From contig CAZHIA010000005.1 in the NCBI GenBank assembly GCA_964532425.1, positions 66,772 to 130,771 on the forward strand: a stretch of 64,000 nucleotides of DNA, written 5' to 3'. How positions within the stretch are numbered: the stretch's first letter is position 1; each line of letters starts with the position of its first letter. Of this stretch, positions 18,093 to 28,551 are shown one piece after another. Origin of the DNA: an uncultured Candidatus Saccharibacteria bacterium (lineage in GTDB: Bacteria; Patescibacteriota; Doudnabacteria; UBA920). The notes beneath the pieces are model-generated. The model did not search any database. It was not told where the DNA came from and saw only the letters and a program-made list of their open reading frames with translations. Made by a program: the position numbers and the translations under genes.

Positions 18093-18108
18093 ATACTACT
18101 ACTCATTG

Positions 18109-18336
18109 TTACGTAATTTGAAGTTGCTGTTTAACTTTTTCCAGGTCGTTTTCTATTCTTCTTACCCATTCAATCGTAAATATCCGTTCCTGGTCAAGCC
18201 GCTTTAAGATAGCCATCGTTTCATCCTGATGTTTCAGATACTCCTCGCGAGTAATGAATCGTCCCATTTTTTCATCCAGACGGCCCATCTGTTCCTTAAT
18301 CTCGATAATGTGTTGAATTATTTTATCTTCGTTCAT
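18109..18336 (-). CDS. Small coiled-coil hypothetical protein
   Basis: MNEDKIIQHIIEIKEQM...FITREEY...LKRLDQER...RIE.DLEKVKQQL. Confidence 0.7.
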   Translation of the reverse strand: MNEDKIIQHIIEIKEQMGRLDEKMGRFITREEYLKHQDETMAILKRLDQERIFTIEWVRRIENDLEKVKQQLQIT

Positions 18337-18486
18337 ATGCGTATATTTAGCTACCTCAATACTAGACGAAATAGGCAGGTGAGTCAAACAAAGGAATAAT
18401 ATTTATCTCGATAATTCCCATTAAAGAGATCCCCACCCCGCCTCACTATTGAAAAAAGCACCACCTAAAGGTGCTGCATTTTTCAA

Positions 18487-18563
18487 TGGCGGGGACGGCG
18501 GGGCTCGAACCCGTAACCTCTCGCGTGACAGGCGAGTGCTCTAACCAATTGAGCTACGCCCCC
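18487..18563 (-). tRNA. tRNA-Asp(GTC)
   Basis: Cloverleaf GGGGGCGTAGCTCAATTGG...CTCGC CT GTC AC GCGAG...GGTTCGAGCC...GCCA. Confidence 0.97.
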
Positions 18564-18622
18564 GTATATTACGCTACTTTGGCCCTGAACCATTCCCCGC
18601 CTTCGGCAGATCAGGTACAAGG

Positions 18623-18720
18623 CATGAACCAGTCGCACAGCGTGCCGCCCACAAGAAACACTCACGAGCTTATGGCTGTGCCATGAACCGGAGCGAATCC
18701 GATGAGCGACTGGTTCATGG
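18623..18720. repeat. Nested inverted-repeat element abutting the tRNA 3' CCA
   Basis: CATGAACCAGTCGC (18623-36) is the perfect complement of GCGACTGGTTCATG (18706-19). Alternative pairing CCATGAACC (18681-89) with GGTTCATGG. Confidence 0.7.
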
Positions 18721-18794
18721 TGCCGGAGAGAGGAATTGCACCTCTGACCTTGGGCTTATGAGTCCCACGCTCTAACTAACTGAGCTACTCCGGC
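18718..18794 (-). tRNA. tRNA with CAT anticodon, non-initiator (elongator Met or Ile2)
   Basis: GCCGGAGTAGCTCAG...TGGGA CT CAT AA GCCCA...AGAGG TGCAATT CCTCT CTCCGGC ACCA. Confidence 0.9.
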
Positions 18795-18971
18795 CTGATT
18801 TTGCCAGTGTAGCCATTCATTTCTACGGCTGTTCAGCACAACGGTACAGCAGCCCGAATTTGCAGACTACATAAGCATTTTTTGATTTAAAAACCTGCTG
18901 GACAGCAGGAAAAGGCTGTCACGATAGGTATTTAATCAAGGCAGACTTCGATTTAAAATCAAAGGCTATCT

Positions 18972-19048
18972 TGGTTGCGGGACCCGGACTCGAACCGGGA
19001 ACCTCCAGGTTATGAGCCTGGCGAGCTGCCAAATTGCTCTATCCCGCG
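18972..19048 (-). tRNA. Initiator tRNA-fMet(CAT)
   Basis: CGCGGGATAGAGCA..., C1:A72 mismatch, CCAGG CT CAT AA CCTGG, ends CCCGCAACCA. Confidence 0.95.
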
Positions 19049-19173
19049 ATAGTAGAACTCACTCATTATAAAGCATATATATAAATAAAGCAAGTGTTTG
19101 TTTTGATACTTAATATATAGACAAATCTACCAAACAGTGTTATTGTATGAGGTCAAATTTAAGGAGGACAGCG

Positions 19174-20268
19174 ATGAAAAAAGTACTTGTAACCGGCGGG
19201 CCGGTGCATGCGTATTTGGATGCGGTAAAGATTATTACCAATCGCTTCAAAGGCGGTCTTATCTGCGAGCTGGCGGAAAGTTTGTCCCAGATAGGGGCTG
19301 AAGTTACCTATCTCTGTGCGCCCAAAGTCGGGGCGCAGCTGCCACGAACCGATACGGGAATTAAAGTCATTACCCATAACGGGTTTTCTGACTACCACCA
19401 AAAAGTGCTCGAGCTGGCGCCCGGCATGAACAGTGTCATCTTGGGGGCTGCGGTGGCGAATCTGATTCCGGCAAACCCGTTGAAGGGCAAATTCCCAAGC
19501 CACAACTATAAACCCGGTGATCTCATTCCGATCGACTTCACGATCGCACCCCGGGTGATCGACGACATTAAGAAAGCCGCTCCGAACACCCATCTGTTCG
19601 GGTTCAAGCTTCTGTCAGGCGTCAGCCACGAAGAACTGATTCACGCCGCCTACGATATCGTGATCGACGCACACGCCACAGCGGTATTTGCCAACGATGC
19701 GATGCACTTGCAGCAGAAATATGCGGTAACCAAAGAACGCGGCGTGCATCCGCTCCAGCAACACGAACTCGCTTCATGGATATGGGAAGCGATCAATGAC
19801 ACGTACTACGCGACGGTCCTTGCGGGTGAAACCTCGGTTACCTATGGGGACGCAGGCCGCGTAAAAGCACTGATCAACCAGTACTCCGGGCGATTTACAG
19901 CCGTAGAAAACGGCCTCATCTTCGGCACGGTTGCAATGAGGAAAGGTTTCGGGTTTCTGACTACCGGGAGAGGAAAACGGGAGCTTGCTTCCGTTGTGTA
20001 TGTGGAGCAGGTAGACCACGCTACAAAGCAGGTACGCGTAGCCGGGACCGAGAAAGCATCACTCAACGCGCCTCTTCTCGCTACATTGTTCGAAAATCCG
20101 GCGGTGGACCGGATCGTCCATTATCATGAACAGGAACCTGACCTTCCCACGTACCCCTATGCCCCTCCGGGCACGGTTCGCGATAGCCGGCGGCCGAACA
20201 TCACCTCGTTCAATATTGCTGAGCATGGTTGCATGCTGCTGTTCGACAGGCAAGGGAGAAAACTGTAA
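19174..20268 (+). CDS. CoaB/DFP-like domain fused to a C-terminal domain resembling class II aldolase/adducin
   Basis: KVLVTGGP....D.VK.ITNR..G, ILGAAVAN, FGFKL, VFAND; C-terminal GTVA.R...GFLTTGRGK, KASLNAPL...LF, IVHYH, HG. Confidence 0.7.
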   Translation: MKKVLVTGGPVHAYLDAVKIITNRFKGGLICELAESLSQIGAEVTYLCAPKVGAQLPRTDTGIKVITHNGFSDYHQKVLELAPGMNSVILGAAVANLIPANPLKGKFPSHNYKPGDLIPIDFTIAPRVIDDIKKAAPNTHLFGFKLLSGVSHEELIHAAYDIVIDAHATAVFANDAMHLQQKYAVTKERGVHPLQQHELASWIWEAINDTYYATVLAGETSVTYGDAGRVKALINQYSGRFTAVENGLIFGTVAMRKGFGFLTTGRGKRELASVVYVEQVDHATKQVRVAGTEKASLNAPLLATLFENPAVDRIVHYHEQEPDLPTYPYAPPGTVRDSRRPNITSFNIAEHGCMLLFDRQGRKL

Positions 20269-20924
20269 TGGCGCACTATCCTGATCACGAAACATACCGC
20301 GCCCTCTATCTTCGCTACATAAACGGACGCGATGTCGGCGAACTCCTATCGCTGTTACAGCCTCTGGAAGACACCCGCGTGCTCGATTTGTGCGGGGGCG
20401 GAGGCGGCTTGACCCTCGAAGCGATCAATTTAGGGGCTGGCACAGTCATACTTGCTGACGAAGAACCAAAAATGGTGCCGCATGGGTTTCTGGAACATCC
20501 CAAAGTGCATGTATACTTTGGTCCTGTTCGTATGACACTGGCGGACCTTATGGAAAAAGGCATTCAATTCGATCGTATTGCTTGCCGGCAGGCGGTCAAC
20601 TACTGGCTTAATGAATCCACGGCTGAAATGGTAGCCGAAGTCATGACACCAGGCGGTATTTTTGCCTTCAACACGTTCAATGTAAAGCCCTCTGAAATAC
20701 CCCGCGTATTGCAGTATGAATTGGAAAACCACACCTTCGTGGAAGTCAGCTGGCTCGTGGAAGATACGGTCCACCACCTGCAGGTGCGCGATGGATTAGA
20801 AGCCCATTCGACTTCGTTCCGATGGCTGTCACCGGAACGTTTCAGGGAGTTGCTCGATCCCTACTTTGCCGTTACCGAACACCGGCACGGAAAGACAAGT
20901 CTGTATCGCTGCATCAAGAAATAA
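20268..20924 (+). CDS. Class I SAM-dependent methyltransferase
   Basis: RVLDLCGGGG, FDRIAC, MTPGG.FAF; TAATG stop-start overlap with the upstream gene. Confidence 0.85.
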   Translation: MAHYPDHETYRALYLRYINGRDVGELLSLLQPLEDTRVLDLCGGGGGLTLEAINLGAGTVILADEEPKMVPHGFLEHPKVHVYFGPVRMTLADLMEKGIQFDRIACRQAVNYWLNESTAEMVAEVMTPGGIFAFNTFNVKPSEIPRVLQYELENHTFVEVSWLVEDTVHHLQVRDGLEAHSTSFRWLSPERFRELLDPYFAVTEHRHGKTSLYRCIKK

Positions 20925-21004
20925 GATGCCCAGCGCGACTCAAAAAGTTGCGCTGTTTTATTTTAAAAAAGTAACCGGAAATTTGTTCCGGTTACAATGT
21001 TCTG

Positions 21005-21643
21005 TCACCCGATGCGGCGAAAGATAAGCTCCCTGCCGATCTTGGCGAGAAAAGCTGCATCGTAGTCAGCGCCGTGCGCGATGCGGCGGTCATCGAGGAT
21101 ACCAAGCCGTTTAAGACTGCTGTCCATACACTTGTCGTATCCACGGTACAGCGAATCCAGATCAATACCACCCCATCCGTATGGCAGCGGCGACCCGGCC
21201 AAGCAATTGCAATAATAACTGATCTGGCCGGCATCAAAGAAGACCGTGTCCGTCACGCCGATAACTTCCTCATACCCCATACACTGCGTGCCGACCCACT
21301 CGATGAATTGCTCCATACCAGCTTTAGGATCTTCCCCTACATCATTCAGAAGCTCCAGAATCCTGTACGGTTCGAACTCGGGACTGGTTGGATCATACCG
21401 CGAATCCCCAGTGAGGCCGTTTTTCGCGATGCAGTGCAGTCCCAGACAGCCAATGCGCATGGCCGACTCCGTGAACTCCCGGGAAATCGGCTTGAACTCA
21501 GCGTAAAATAACCGACCTCGTCGCACCAGTTCGTCAAATGGAAATTCGTGCGGCAGAATGACACAGGCTCCAAGCGAAAGCATGCTATGGACTCCGAGCA
21601 GCGGCCCGGCCGTTTCCACATCGTTAGCTATATACAGTTTCAT
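21005..21643 (-). CDS. DEDDh-type 3'-5' exonuclease
   Basis: ANDVETAGP...SMLSLGA, FYAE.KP, FFD, IDLDSLY, H.A.YDA; GGAGG SD before ATG 21643. Confidence 0.8.
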   Translation of the reverse strand: MKLYIANDVETAGPLLGVHSMLSLGACVILPHEFPFDELVRRGRLFYAEFKPISREFTESAMRIGCLGLHCIAKNGLTGDSRYDPTSPEFEPYRILELLNDVGEDPKAGMEQFIEWVGTQCMGYEEVIGVTDTVFFDAGQISYYCNCLAGSPLPYGWGGIDLDSLYRGYDKCMDSSLKRLGILDDRRIAHGADYDAAFLAKIGRELIFRRIG

Positions 21644-21724
21644 TGTTCCTCCTAAGATCAAATTAGTATAAAAAAGCGGGGTTGCCTTGTCAAACACACC
21701 TCCCCCTATGATATACTGACCCAT

Positions 21725-22756
21725 ATGAAGATCTCACGGTTGCTTAAATCAAAAAAATATATTTATCCTTTAGGAACACTGCTGCTTATCGGGTCTTTTT
21801 TGGCCGGTCTTGCCGTACAATCAAGGCGTGATAGCCTGCGATTCAAGAACGAGATAAGGACCATTAAGCCAATTAGGGAAAATAATCTCAGCTACCAATT
21901 TATTTACCCCCTTCTGGCCTATGACTTAGGCAAGATTGGCGAATATTTTCGCAATGATGCTTTGGAACTGCAACTTCGCGCATATATTAATCAACAACTG
22001 ACATCCAAAAATGCGGACCAGGTTTCGATATATGCCAAGGATTTTATTGATAATACACAGGCTGGTGTTAACGAAAACACCCGCTTTGAACCAGGGAGTT
22101 TGCTTAAGGTGGCCATTTTGATTGCATATTATAAGCAAGCGGAAACCGAGCCTGCCATACTCGACAAGAATTTTACTTACACAAAGGAGAACGAGCGAGA
22201 AATTAATAGTGTGGGACAGCCTCTTCCTTCGTCACTCAACATTGGCAGTACCTACAGTGTTCCTGAATTGCTGAAAAAAATGATTACTGAATCCGATAAT
22301 GGAGCGGAAAGTATCCTTATAAACAATGTCAGCAGGGCCGTTTTGGATCAAACATTCATTGACCTAAAAATCCCCAACCCAGATACAGCTTCAGAGCCGT
22401 ATGCCATTTCCCCCCGGGAATATGCAGCATTGTTAAGAATCTTATATAATTCAACTTACCTTACTGAAGCTAGTTCAGAAAGCGCTCTGTCAATTATGAC
22501 CCAGTCAACATACACCGCCGGAATAAGGGCATCCGTGCCTCAAAATATACCTGTTGCCCAAAAGTATGGAGAGCGGTTGTCAAAAAATAGCGATGGTAGC
22601 CAAGCAGTTGAACTTCATGATTGCGGAATCGTTTACCATCCGCATCACCCCTATGTTATTTGTATAATGACTCGCGGACGAGACCCGGAAAAATTGGCTC
22701 ATGTCATTGCAGGCGCTTCGAAAATCGTCTACACTGCGTTTGATACGCGTCCTTAA
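21725..22756 (+). CDS. Class A beta-lactamase-like serine hydrolase with N-terminal membrane anchor
   Basis: PGSLLK (SxxK), ESDN, AQKYG, HDCGIVY...PYVICIMT. Confidence 0.88.
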   Translation: MKISRLLKSKKYIYPLGTLLLIGSFLAGLAVQSRRDSLRFKNEIRTIKPIRENNLSYQFIYPLLAYDLGKIGEYFRNDALELQLRAYINQQLTSKNADQVSIYAKDFIDNTQAGVNENTRFEPGSLLKVAILIAYYKQAETEPAILDKNFTYTKENEREINSVGQPLPSSLNIGSTYSVPELLKKMITESDNGAESILINNVSRAVLDQTFIDLKIPNPDTASEPYAISPREYAALLRILYNSTYLTEASSESALSIMTQSTYTAGIRASVPQNIPVAQKYGERLSKNSDGSQAVELHDCGIVYHPHHPYVICIMTRGRDPEKLAHVIAGASKIVYTAFDTRP

Positions 22757-22823
22757 GGTTAAACAAAAACAAAACCATCCTTCATTTTGAGGATGGTTTC
22801 GTCATGTTTCGCTTGAGGCGAAA

Positions 22824-22895
22824 CTAGATGCGCTTTTTGGAAGACTTCTTCTTAGGAGCAGCCTTCTTTTTTGCGACCTTCTTTTTGGTAGCCAT
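22824..22895 (-). CDS. 23-aa lysine-rich peptide
   Basis: MATKKKVAKKKAAPKKKSSKKRI; AGGGAG SD upstream; below the ORF-track cutoff. Confidence 0.7.
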   Translation of the reverse strand: MATKKKVAKKKAAPKKKSSKKRI

Positions 22896-23059
22896 ACTAG
22901 TCTCCCTGAAGCACTGCTAATTTTGGCAGCGCTTCTTAATTTTCTACTTTTGGGCTTTATGCCCAACTAAGTAGCAATAAAAATTCTTTCTGTGTTTTCC
23001 CCCGAGAGTTTGAGTTTCCGAAAATCTATTTTTAAATTTCTGTCATCATTTTAAGATTT

Positions 23060-23767
23060 CTAAAAAAATTTGTCAAGCGTTTCCGGGTTGTTGATAACTT
23101 GTTCGATGCAATTCAAAATTTTTTTATCAGAAATTTTTTTTAATTCCGATTCGATTCTGCCTCGAGATATTTTTTTTATCAAATGAAAATTATTTTTGAG
23201 TGCTCTCGAAGTTTCATGTTCGAAGTCAAAACCGAGCGTCATTGAGAAGCGCAAAGCCCGGATAATACGCAATGGATCTTCGTACAATCTCGTTTCCGGC
23301 TGTCCGATAAAACGCAAAAGTTTTTGTGCAAGATCATTCAACCCATTATGAAAGTCTTCAATCTGCCCGCTATTTGCCTGTAAATATAGGGCATTTACGG
23401 TAAAATCTCGCCTATCGCTGTCGTGCTGTATATCTTGAATGAACGTTACCTTGGGATACCGATTTCCATTGTAGGTTTCATTTCTGAATGTAGTGATTTC
23501 CGCTTGCAGACTCCCCTGCTGTGCAATAACAACGCCAAAATTTTTATGCTTGCTGTCAGCGAAAATACCTGCGGTTCGCAATGCTGAAGCAACCTGTTCA
23601 GGACGTGCGGCCGTTGCCAAGTCAATATCGGATACGGTATGCATGAGCAAAAGGTCGCGAACCAAGCCACCGACAAAATACGCAGAGGAAAAGTTTTCCA
23701 CAAGCAAATTGTAAACCGTTTGCCCGAAGCGTTCCAAGTCTGTCTGAGGTTGAAATTCAATTTTCAT
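23060..23767 (-). CDS. Short class II tRNA nucleotidyltransferase / poly(A) polymerase family protein
   Basis: YFVGG.VRD.LL, DIDLAT, EITTFR.E, RRDFTVNAL, EDPLRIIRA.RF. Confidence 0.9.
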   Translation of the reverse strand: MKIEFQPQTDLERFGQTVYNLLVENFSSAYFVGGLVRDLLLMHTVSDIDLATAARPEQVASALRTAGIFADSKHKNFGVVIAQQGSLQAEITTFRNETYNGNRYPKVTFIQDIQHDSDRRDFTVNALYLQANSGQIEDFHNGLNDLAQKLLRFIGQPETRLYEDPLRIIRALRFSMTLGFDFEHETSRALKNNFHLIKKISRGRIESELKKISDKKILNCIEQVINNPETLDKFF

Positions 23768-23786
23768 GTTTCTATTATACACTTAT

Positions 23787-23853
23787 CACGAATGGACACA
23801 AATAGAAAACGAATGGACACAAATTTGTGTCCATTCGTTTGTCAGTATTCGTG
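23787..23853. repeat. Perfect 34-bp palindrome with a partial direct duplication
   Basis: AAACGAATGGACACAAA|TTTGTGTCCATTCGTTT (23807-23840); CGAATGGACACAAAT also at 23789. Confidence 0.9.
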
Positions 23854-24306
23854 TTATTCGGAGAGTACGCCTTCGCCCGTAATTGGCGTTCTGCGGTGAG
23901 CATGTTTGCGAGCTACATTGAGACGCATCAGGCTGTGTTCCAGACTGGCAGCAACCTTGGCGTACTCTTCAGCAGTTAAGGTTTCCTCTGCCATTGCCTT
24001 GCGTGCCCGCTCACGAGCAGCTTCGGCAGCATTGAGGTCTATCTCGAAATGATGTTCAGCCGCGTCTGCGAGAACAACAACTTCGCCGCCTTCGCGAATC
24101 TCGACAAAACCGCCGGCCACATAAATATAATAATCATCTTGCTCCGACTTGGCGTGAAGCTCTCCAGGGATGAGGTTCGCCACGAGCGGGATGTGACCGG
24201 GAAGAACGGTAATCTGACCCAGAGATGTCGGGCAGCTTAAACTGCTCAGCTCCTGGGAAAGTACCGTCCGCTCGGGAGTTACTAATTGGAAATGGAATGT
24301 TTTCAT
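23854..24306 (-). CDS. atpC: ATP synthase F1 epsilon subunit
   Basis: MKTFHFQLVTPER, G.ITVLPGH.PL, VAGGFVE, VLADAAE. Start moved to ATG 24306. Confidence 0.96.
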   Translation of the reverse strand: MKTFHFQLVTPERTVLSQELSSLSCPTSLGQITVLPGHIPLVANLIPGELHAKSEQDDYYIYVAGGFVEIREGGEVVVLADAAEHHFEIDLNAAEAARERARKAMAEETLTAEEYAKVAASLEHSLMRLNVARKHAHRRTPITGEGVLSE

Positions 24307-24312
24307 ATTCTG

Positions 24313-24401
24313 GACATTTAACATTTGACCATTGACCTTTGACAAATCATTGTCATTTTTGATTCTAAAATGGTCACATGTTACCTGTTAAAGGTCAAAT
24401 G

Positions 24402-24404
<3 letters not shown>
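24313..24404. repeat. Empty heptamer-armed inverted repeat between atpD and atpC
   Basis: GACATTTAACATTTGACCATTGACCTTTGAC ... GGTCACATGTTACCTGTTAAAGGTCAAATGTTA; includes the atpD stop codon. Confidence 0.9.
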
Positions 24405-25799
<1,395 letters not shown>

Positions 25800-25835
25800 T
25801 TATAAAATTATCCTATTAATCAAGTTAATTAATGT

Positions 25836-25932
25836 GATACTGATATACGGATGCATGCTGATGATACTGATGAATACGGATAAAGAAATCAGTATTATCC
25901 GTATCATCCGTACTCATTCGTAAATCAGTATC
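25836..25932. repeat. About 9-mer-armed inverted repeat between atpG and atpD
   Basis: Units TAC(T/G)GAT on the left and ATC(A/C)GTA on the right; termini GATACTGAT/ATCAGTATC. Confidence 0.85.
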
Positions 25933-25935
25933 TTA

Positions 25936-26862
25936 TTATTCCAATGCTATTTTACCTGCCGTGATCTCGGCTAGTTCCGTCGTGATCTTGTTCTGGCGCA
26001 GCTGGTTGTAGGTCAAGGTGTAGTCTGCTATCAAATCCCCTGCCGCTTCAGTGGCGTTCTTCATCATGACCATGCGAGCAGAATGTTCGGAAGCATCGCT
26101 TTCCAATATGGCTTGGTAGATCTGGCTCTCGATGATCCGCGGCAACAGGTGATCCAGCACTTCAGCCGGAGTCGGCTCAAACAAATAGTCGGATTCCGCT
26201 ATCGTCTCGGCATGCTCCTGGTGCCAAAGGTCTTCATCTTCCTGCACGTCCTCATATTCCATATCCAGATGCATCGGAGAGGTGCGGACACCTTCCTGGA
26301 TGAACGGCAACAGTTGCCTCACGGTCGGTTTTTGGACAAGGGTAGAAACGAAATGGTTGTAAACCAAAACGATCTTGGCATATTCTCCGGATGCATACGC
26401 ATCGGTAATGTACTTCGCAAGCGGATAAATATCTTGCGTGGTCACGCTTCGGTCCTGCTTTTCGAAGTCAGCGACAATCTGTGCTTTGTTGATCCGGGCC
26501 TGGTCTTTGGCTTTCTTGCCATATACCACAACCTCACTGATCAGCTCATGACTACCTAACTCTTTGAGTTTGGCCGCCAAATTGACATTCAGGCTTCCGA
26601 CAAACCCGCCGTTCGTACCCATAAGGACAACACCTATTTTCTTGGAACGCGGGAATGTTTTGAGCAGCGGGTTGTTGCTGGCGATCTTCTCGGACAGGTT
26701 GAGAATCAGCTCCCAAGCGAGCGTCGAGTAGGTGCGGCTGGCTAATACGGCAGTCTGTGACTTCCGCATCTTAGCAGCCGAAACCATCTGCATCGCGCGC
26801 GTAATCTTGCGGGTGCTTTGGACGCTCTTTATTCTTCGTTTAATATCGCGTAATCCGGCCAT
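25936..26862 (-). CDS. atpG: ATP synthase F1 gamma subunit
   Basis: IKRRIKSV..T.KITRAMQMVSAAK, ASEHSARM..MKNAT, RQ.KITTELAEI. Confidence 0.98.
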   Translation of the reverse strand: MAGLRDIKRRIKSVQSTRKITRAMQMVSAAKMRKSQTAVLASRTYSTLAWELILNLSEKIASNNPLLKTFPRSKKIGVVLMGTNGGFVGSLNVNLAAKLKELGSHELISEVVVYGKKAKDQARINKAQIVADFEKQDRSVTTQDIYPLAKYITDAYASGEYAKIVLVYNHFVSTLVQKPTVRQLLPFIQEGVRTSPMHLDMEYEDVQEDEDLWHQEHAETIAESDYLFEPTPAEVLDHLLPRIIESQIYQAILESDASEHSARMVMMKNATEAAGDLIADYTLTYNQLRQNKITTELAEITAGKIALE

Positions 26863-26865
26863 AAA

Positions 26866-26934
26866 TTAATTGGGCAAAATTAAGTAAAATTGACAAAATT
26901 GACTAAAATTTTGAACCAGCTAGTTTCGTCAATT
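26866..26934. repeat. 9-mer tandem array with a short inverted partner between atpA and atpG
   Basis: AATTGGGCA AAATTAAGTA AAATTGACA AAATTGACTA ... TTTCGTCAATT. Confidence 0.65.
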
Positions 26935-28435
26935 ATTTTACTGTCTGTAAGAACTGATCGATCGCGGTCTTGAGCTTCGCTTCCGTACTTTCGGATAATT
27001 CCTTCGTTTCGCGAATTTCCTTTAAGACATCCTTGGCGTTAGTCTCCATAAAGGAATGGAATTTCGCTTCGGCTTCAGCGATCTTATCAACCGGGATGAC
27101 ATTAAAATGCCCATTACCCACGGCGTACAGGATGGTGACTTCTTTTTCGAGAGAGTACGGAGTATACTGGGGCTGTTTCAAGACTTCGGTCATGCGGCGT
27201 CCGAGATCCAGCTGGCGCTGTGTCTCAGGGTCCAGGTCAGAACCAAACTGGGCAAAGGCTTCGAGCTCGCGGAATTGGGCCAGGGACAGTTTGAGCTTAC
27301 CAGCCACCTTTTTCATAGCCTTAGTCTGTGCGGAAGATCCGACACGGGAGACGGAAATACCGATGTTCAAAGCCGGGCGCACCCCTTTGTAGAACAGATC
27401 GGATTCCAGGAAGATCTGTCCGTCGGTAATGGAAATCACATTGGTTGGGATGTATGCAGAAACATCACCGGCCTGGGTTTCGATAATCGGAAGTGCAGTC
27501 AGGGAACCTCCGCCGAAATCAGGATTCAACTTGGCGGCGCGCTCAAGCAAGCGCGAGTGGAGATAAAACACGTCACCAGGGTAGGCTTCGCGTCCCGGCG
27601 GGCGGCGGAGCAACAAAGAAATTTCACGGTAAGCAACGGCCTGCTTGGAAAGGTCATCGTAAACGATCAAGGCGTCCTTGCCCTGGTCCATGAAATATTC
27701 CCCGATTGCGCAACCAGCATACGGAGCAATGTAGGAAAGAGCGGCCGGTTCGGAAGCGGAAGCGGATACAACAACGGTGTATTCCATGGCGCCGTGCTTT
27801 TCCAATTCGGTCACGATCTTTGCAATCTTGCTTTCCTTTTGACCAATGGCTACATAAATACAGATCATGTTCTGGCCTTTTTGGTTGATGATCGTATCGA
27901 TAGCTACGGCAGTCTTGCCGGTTTGGCGGTCACCGATAATGAGTTCGCGCTGGCCGCGGCCAATGGGAATCAAAGCGTCAATCGCTTTAATACCGGTCTG
28001 CACCGGCTGGCGCACGCCAAGACGCGTAATAACGCCAGGAGCGATTTTTTCTACGGGATAAAACAGGCTGGAGGCAATCGCGCCCTTGCCGTCTTTGGGT
28101 TCACCAAGTGCGGACACGGTTCGACCAATAAGGGCATCTCCGACCGGAACGGACAGAATCTTGCCGGTACTGCGAACCGTATCACCAACTTTAATCTCGT
28201 GGAAATCACCGAGCACGACCGCACCCACCATATCCTCTTCCAGGTTCAAAGCCACTCCGACGATATTATGGCCGAAATCGAGCATTTCCATAGATGCGAC
28301 TTCGGTCAAGCCCGATACCCGAGCCACACCGTCGCCGACTTCGACCACGGTTCCAACCTTCTCGACTTTGACGTCCGGGCTGAACCCGGCGATCTTATCT
28401 TTAAGCTGTTTGACTAATGTGTCTTGTGTTGCCAT
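26933..28435 (-). CDS. atpA: ATP synthase F1 alpha subunit
   Basis: [40 protein letters not shown]. Confidence 0.99.
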   Translation of the reverse strand: MATQDTLVKQLKDKIAGFSPDVKVEKVGTVVEVGDGVARVSGLTEVASMEMLDFGHNIVGVALNLEEDMVGAVVLGDFHEIKVGDTVRSTGKILSVPVGDALIGRTVSALGEPKDGKGAIASSLFYPVEKIAPGVITRLGVRQPVQTGIKAIDALIPIGRGQRELIIGDRQTGKTAVAIDTIINQKGQNMICIYVAIGQKESKIAKIVTELEKHGAMEYTVVVSASASEPAALSYIAPYAGCAIGEYFMDQGKDALIVYDDLSKQAVAYREISLLLRRPPGREAYPGDVFYLHSRLLERAAKLNPDFGGGSLTALPIIETQAGDVSAYIPTNVISITDGQIFLESDLFYKGVRPALNIGISVSRVGSSAQTKAMKKVAGKLKLSLAQFRELEAFAQFGSDLDPETQRQLDLGRRMTEVLKQPQYTPYSLEKEVTILYAVGNGHFNVIPVDKIAEAEAKFHSFMETNAKDVLKEIRETKELSESTEAKLKTAIDQFLQTVK

Positions 28436-28445
28436 ATATTTCTTT

Positions 28446-28547
28446 CCGATCCGGATTTACAGATGATATCCGGATCAACGGATGACTACGGATCCAGATA
28501 TCCGCAGATATCTGTAGATCTGGATGTATCCGTATATCAGGATCGGG
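28446..28547. repeat. Degenerate GAT/ATC-unit inverted repeat between atpH and atpA
   Basis: CCGATCCGGATTTACAGAT...ATCCGTATATCAGGATCGG; repeated (C/A)GGAT and ATC(C/T)G units. Confidence 0.8.
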
Positions 28548-28551
28548 TTAA

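Noticed and set aside
18109-22756. Integrated prophage or ICE at the tRNA cluster
   Set aside because: No integrase and no duplicated tRNA 3' end was found by eye.
21725-22756. Functional antibiotic-resistance beta-lactamase
   Set aside because: It has the class A fold motifs, but it is membrane-anchored with KYG in place of KTG; activity cannot be inferred from sequence.
24307-24345. N-terminal extensions of AtpC, the ATPase (58846-58923) and PheRS (6073-6108)
   Set aside because: They are read-through of repeat arms that lack stops on that strand; family similarity starts at the downstream ATG.
27056-28417. 453-aa plus-strand ORF
   Set aside because: Antisense shadow of atpA with no recognisable motifs.
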